From Endomicrobiia bacterium (GTDB taxonomy: Bacteria; Elusimicrobiota; Endomicrobiia; DTEH01): a DNA stretch of 64,000 bases. The notes beneath the pieces are model-generated. The model worked only from the letters and a program-made list of their open reading frames with translations. It ran no database searches and was not told where the DNA came from. Made by a program: the position numbers and the translations under genes. The DNA is taken from assembly GCA_039630545.1 (NCBI GenBank), contig JBCNUU010000001.1, positions 1-64,000 on the forward strand, in the 5' to 3' direction. Shown in pieces: positions 60,621-64,000 of this stretch (within the stretch, counting starts at the first letter, position 1; every line of letters begins with the position of its first letter).

Positions 60621-61386
60621 GTTATTTTTAGTGTTACAAAAATTAGTGAAACTTCAAAAGTATGATGAAGAATTAAGGCTATTAGATGAAGAAATTAATA
60701 CTATTCCTTTGGAAATAAAAAGTCAAGAAAATCTGCTCTTAGAAGAGCAGAAAACAAAAGATGAAATAAAAGAAAGAATTAAAAAAAATCAAGTAGAAAT
60801 AAAAGAAAAAGAAATAGAAATTCAATCTATAGAACAACAAATTAAAAAGCACATCCAGGAACTTAATTCCGTAAAAACAAATGAACAATATCGTGCTTTG
60901 CTTTCCGAAATAGAAAAATTAAATGCCCAAAAAGACGCAATAGAAACAGAAGTTCTGATTTTAATGGAAGAATTGGATAAAGAAAACAAAGAGTTGAAAA
61001 AAGAAGAAGAAAAATTGGATAAGATTAAGAATTTAGCAGAACAAAAAATTAAAGAATTAAAAGAGTTACAACAACAATTAAAACAGAAATTTGATTTAAA
61101 ACTTAAAGAAAGAGAAGAATTTGCTTCTACCATAGAGAAAAAATATTTGGATATATATAATAATATATCTTCAAAAAAAGAAAATGCATTATCTGCTGTA
61201 AATTTTAGTGACAATACTTGTGAAAAATGCAATATGGCTATTACTAAGCAAGAAATAAACGAGATTAAAAAATACGAAGAGTTTGTATTTTGTAGTTCTT
61301 GTTCTCGGATACTTTATATAGCTGAAGATATAAAAAATATACAACAAAATACAGAAGAAGGCATCGCTTTACCTCAGTTGAGGTAA
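60613..61386 (+). CDS. Coiled-coil protein with C4-type zinc ribbon (DUF164-like)
   Basis: LQKYD, long coiled coil, CEKC...CSSCSRIL. Confidence 0.88.
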   Translation: MNELFLVLQKLVKLQKYDEELRLLDEEINTIPLEIKSQENLLLEEQKTKDEIKERIKKNQVEIKEKEIEIQSIEQQIKKHIQELNSVKTNEQYRALLSEIEKLNAQKDAIETEVLILMEELDKENKELKKEEEKLDKIKNLAEQKIKELKELQQQLKQKFDLKLKEREEFASTIEKKYLDIYNNISSKKENALSAVNFSDNTCEKCNMAITKQEINEIKKYEEFVFCSSCSRILYIAEDIKNIQQNTEEGIALPQLR

Positions 61387-61777
61387 AGAGGAAAGTCCAA
61401 TTTTCCTACCTGGCAGAATTTTCTGCCAGGTAAAAAATGCAGTTAGCGAGGGTAGGGCGTTTTATGGAAATTTTTTAGACCATAAAATCTCTACCTGAAG
61501 CTAACCGCTACTTTCTTTAAAAGAAAGTAGCAGAGGTGCGAACAGAGACGCACTTACCCGTAAGGGTAAGTGGGTTCTATATTAAAGAGAAATTCTCTTT
61601 AATATAGGACTAGTCCTAACAAAATTCTTTCTTTAAAGAAAGAATTGAGTTAGGGGTGAAACGGCTAAATCCTTGCAGGAAACAAGGCCAAAAATATGGT
61701 GGGCCGCAGTAGACGAATGATGCCGTCTCGCTTAATAGCGAGATACAGAAATTGGCTTACTTCTGTATTTTGTTGTA
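61340..61777 (+). ncRNA. rnpB: RNase P RNA, highly divergent architecture
   Basis: CR-I GAGGAAAGTCC (61388-61398), CR-II ACAGAGAC, CR-III GTGAAACG, CR-V ACAGAAATTGGCTTA; 18-bp P1 (61340-61357/61760-61777); P4 covaries (CCAAT/ATTGG). Confidence 0.9.
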
Positions 61778-61793
61778 AGAAATATATTGATAC

Positions 61794-62876
61794 ATGAATC
61801 TATTTACAGCAAAAAAAGTTGTAGGGTTAGACATAGGTTCCAAATGTATAAAAGTAGTTGCTTTAAACAAAAAAATTGATAGATATCGGTTAATGAGTTG
61901 GGAAGTAGCAGATTTACCTGATGAAATAGTTTCTATAGAAACTCCCCATGAAAAAAGAAATCCCATAATAATAGAAATTATAAAAGATATTTTTTCAAGA
62001 AACAAAAAACTATCAAAAAAAGTTAATATATCTGTATCAGGCCCTTCAGTAATAATAAGATATATAAAACTTCCTATAATGACAAAAGAAGAACTCTCAA
62101 AATCTATTTTGTTAGAAGTAGAACCTTTTATTCCATTCCCTTTGTCTGAAATATACTTGGGTTTTGATGTAATAGGAGAAGTGGTAGATGAAGGTGTAAA
62201 AAAAAATGAAGTTGTAATAGCGGCAGCTAAAAAAGAAATAGTTGATGCTAAACTTGACATTTTAAGACAGCTTAAATTTACACCTAAATTTATAGATGTG
62301 GATGCCTTCGTATTAGAGAGAGTTATTGGATATAATTATGATATAAATAATGATGTAGTATGTGTGATTAACATTGGAGCTAATGTCACGAATGTGAATA
62401 TTATAGAAAACGGTATAACTAAAGTGTGTAGAGATTTATCATTAGGTATGTACTATATTATAAACGAGATAAAAAAGACTACACAATTACAAAATAAAGA
62501 TATTCTTAAATATTTAAAAACAGATGGTCTGATTTTAAATGAACAAAAAAAAGAGGAATATATCTTACAGGATAAAAAGTTAGAATTAAATATCTCAAAA
62601 ATTTTACTCTCTTTGTTAAAAGAGATTGTAACCGAGGTAAGAAAAATTATAGATTTTTACTATTTTCAAAAAGGTGAACAAAAACCAATTTCAAAGATTT
62701 TCTTAAATGGTGGTGGATGTGTTATAAATGAATTGGTTAGTTATTTTAATAGTGAATTTAAGATAGATGTTGAAATTTTAGATCCTTTCAAAAAAATAGA
62801 TAATGCTGAAGATGTGCCTGAAGAAGTTAGACCAGTTTTAAGTACTGCCGTAGGTTTAGCGATGAGGCAAACATGA
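61794..62876 (+). CDS. pilm: Type IV pilus assembly protein PilM
   Basis: VGLDIGS, actin-like fold, IDVDAF, INIGA, AVGLAMR. Confidence 0.93.
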   Translation: MNLFTAKKVVGLDIGSKCIKVVALNKKIDRYRLMSWEVADLPDEIVSIETPHEKRNPIIIEIIKDIFSRNKKLSKKVNISVSGPSVIIRYIKLPIMTKEELSKSILLEVEPFIPFPLSEIYLGFDVIGEVVDEGVKKNEVVIAAAKKEIVDAKLDILRQLKFTPKFIDVDAFVLERVIGYNYDINNDVVCVINIGANVTNVNIIENGITKVCRDLSLGMYYIINEIKKTTQLQNKDILKYLKTDGLILNEQKKEEYILQDKKLELNISKILLSLLKEIVTEVRKIIDFYYFQKGEQKPISKIFLNGGGCVINELVSYFNSEFKIDVEILDPFKKIDNAEDVPEEVRPVLSTAVGLAMRQT

Positions 62877-63451
62877 TAAGTATTAATCTTTTACCAAAAG
62901 AAATAGAAGAATACCAAAAGTTTAAAGAGTTGGTAAGTTTAGTTAGTGTAGGAGTAATTTTTGTTGGAGTTATAATGTTTGTGTTTTATTTTTTACGTGT
63001 TTCTAAGCTTACAATGTTGAATTTTGAGTTGTCCAGAATAGAACATAAACTTAAACAACTTGAAGATGTTGTAAAGAAAGTTGAAGAACTAAAAGCTACA
63101 AAAAGAAATCTTGAAGCGAAAAAACAATTAGTAGAGCGTTTGTTATCTAATGGGTTGATTTATCCAAAATTTATGACAGAGTTGTTGAAGGTTTTACCTG
63201 ATGGCATATGGTTTTCCAATATGAATACAACTTTGGTTACTAATCCCGCTGATCCTGAAAAAAAAATTACAGGTATAAAAGTAAATTTAACATGTTTTTC
63301 TTACGATAAGTTTTCTATTGCAGATTTTTTAGATAATCTTGAAAATTCAGAAAAATTTACAAATGTAGTTTTGGGCCCTATTAACATATCTCAGCAGGAT
63401 AAATATGAGCTGCATAATTTTATAGTTGAATTTAGTTATAAAGTTGAATAA
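62873..63451 (+). CDS. pilN: Type IV pilus assembly protein PilN
   Basis: INLLP motif, TM, coiled coil, LPDGIWF. Confidence 0.9.
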   Translation: MISINLLPKEIEEYQKFKELVSLVSVGVIFVGVIMFVFYFLRVSKLTMLNFELSRIEHKLKQLEDVVKKVEELKATKRNLEAKKQLVERLLSNGLIYPKFMTELLKVLPDGIWFSNMNTTLVTNPADPEKKITGIKVNLTCFSYDKFSIADFLDNLENSEKFTNVVLGPINISQQDKYELHNFIVEFSYKVE

Positions 63452-63457
63452 TTATAT

Positions 63458-64000
63458 ATGAAAAAACAACAGCAAACACTGATAGGAATTATTGTAGCAT
63501 TTGGAATATTTGTTCTTTTTTACTTTAGAGTGTTACTACTACCTCTAAACAAAAAAATATCAGAAAAAATAAGATTAATAGGTGAAAAAAATAAAAAACT
63601 ACAGGAAGCAATACTTCTTCAAGAAAGTTTACCTTTATTACAACAACAAACTGAAGCTTTAAAAATTCAAGTTGCTGATCTGGAAAAAAAATTGCCTAAC
63701 AAACCTGATATTCCCGAACTAATTAAAATTATAAGTAGAGTTTCTTCTTACTATAATATAAAAATCTCAAATATTACTACTAAAGAAATGGATACATCTG
63801 CTAAAGATTATAATGAAATCCCTTTTAGTATCAGTTTTACTACTAATTATCATAATTTAGCACAATTTTTAGCAAGTATTGCTCAGGAAAAAAGAATTTT
63901 TGCAGCTAGGGATTTAGTATTAACATATTCTGCTGGAAGTTCTGCTGGAAGTAAAGATAATTATTTAAATATAAGCGGGGTTATTTTTTCTTATGTTCTT
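63458..64000 (+). CDS. pilO: Type IV pilus assembly protein PilO (truncated at window end)
   Basis: Manual translation MKKQQQTLIGIIVAFGIFVLFY...KKLPNKPDIPELI...YNEIPFSI..TTNYHNLAQFL; open to the window end. Confidence 0.85.
   Translation, partial: MKKQQQTLIGIIVAFGIFVLFYFRVLLLPLNKKISEKIRLIGEKNKKLQEAILLQESLPLLQQQTEALKIQVADLEKKLPNKPDIPELIKIISRVSSYYNIKISNITTKEMDTSAKDYNEIPFSISFTTNYHNLAQFLASIAQEKRIFAARDLVLTYSAGSSAGSKDNYLNISGVIFSYVL

Noticed and set aside
61400..61660. Run of perfect inverted repeats as MITE, terminators or a CRISPR array
   Set aside because: They lie between RNase P conserved regions and inside the P1 helix, so they are rnpB helices
63928..63952. 12-bp tandem duplication TTCTGCTGGAAG in pilO
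   Set aside because: In-frame (SAGS-SAGS) linker duplication with no sign of further significance

Overview
AT-rich, very gene-dense bacterial chromosome segment from a diderm organism (Tol-Pal, Lgt/LspA, Omp85-like and PorV-like barrels). The His-type Thi4 and PPDK suggest an anaerobe, possibly thermophilic. The PorV/FlgD-Ig/OmpA, LysM-FecR and stand-alone PASTA proteins are reminiscent of Elusimicrobiota, but this is inference only. The first ~3 kb is the tail of a type III CRISPR locus: a probable terminal repeat remnant, then csx3(crn3)-csx1-cas1-cas2, ending at tRNA-Leu. The rest is scrambled housekeeping and envelope genes, five tRNAs without encoded CCA, an RNase P RNA and pilMNO. Most notable observations: (1) an RNase P RNA that by manual folding fits neither type A nor type B; (2) an AccB-like protein next to accC whose biotin-accepting Lys is Arg; (3) a T9SS-like pair of a CTD-bearing protein and a PorV-Ig-OmpA fusion; (4) an initiator-type tRNA with C33 and A29:U41; (5) a Cys-substituted Pal; (6) rplK separated from rplA by polysaccharide genes.
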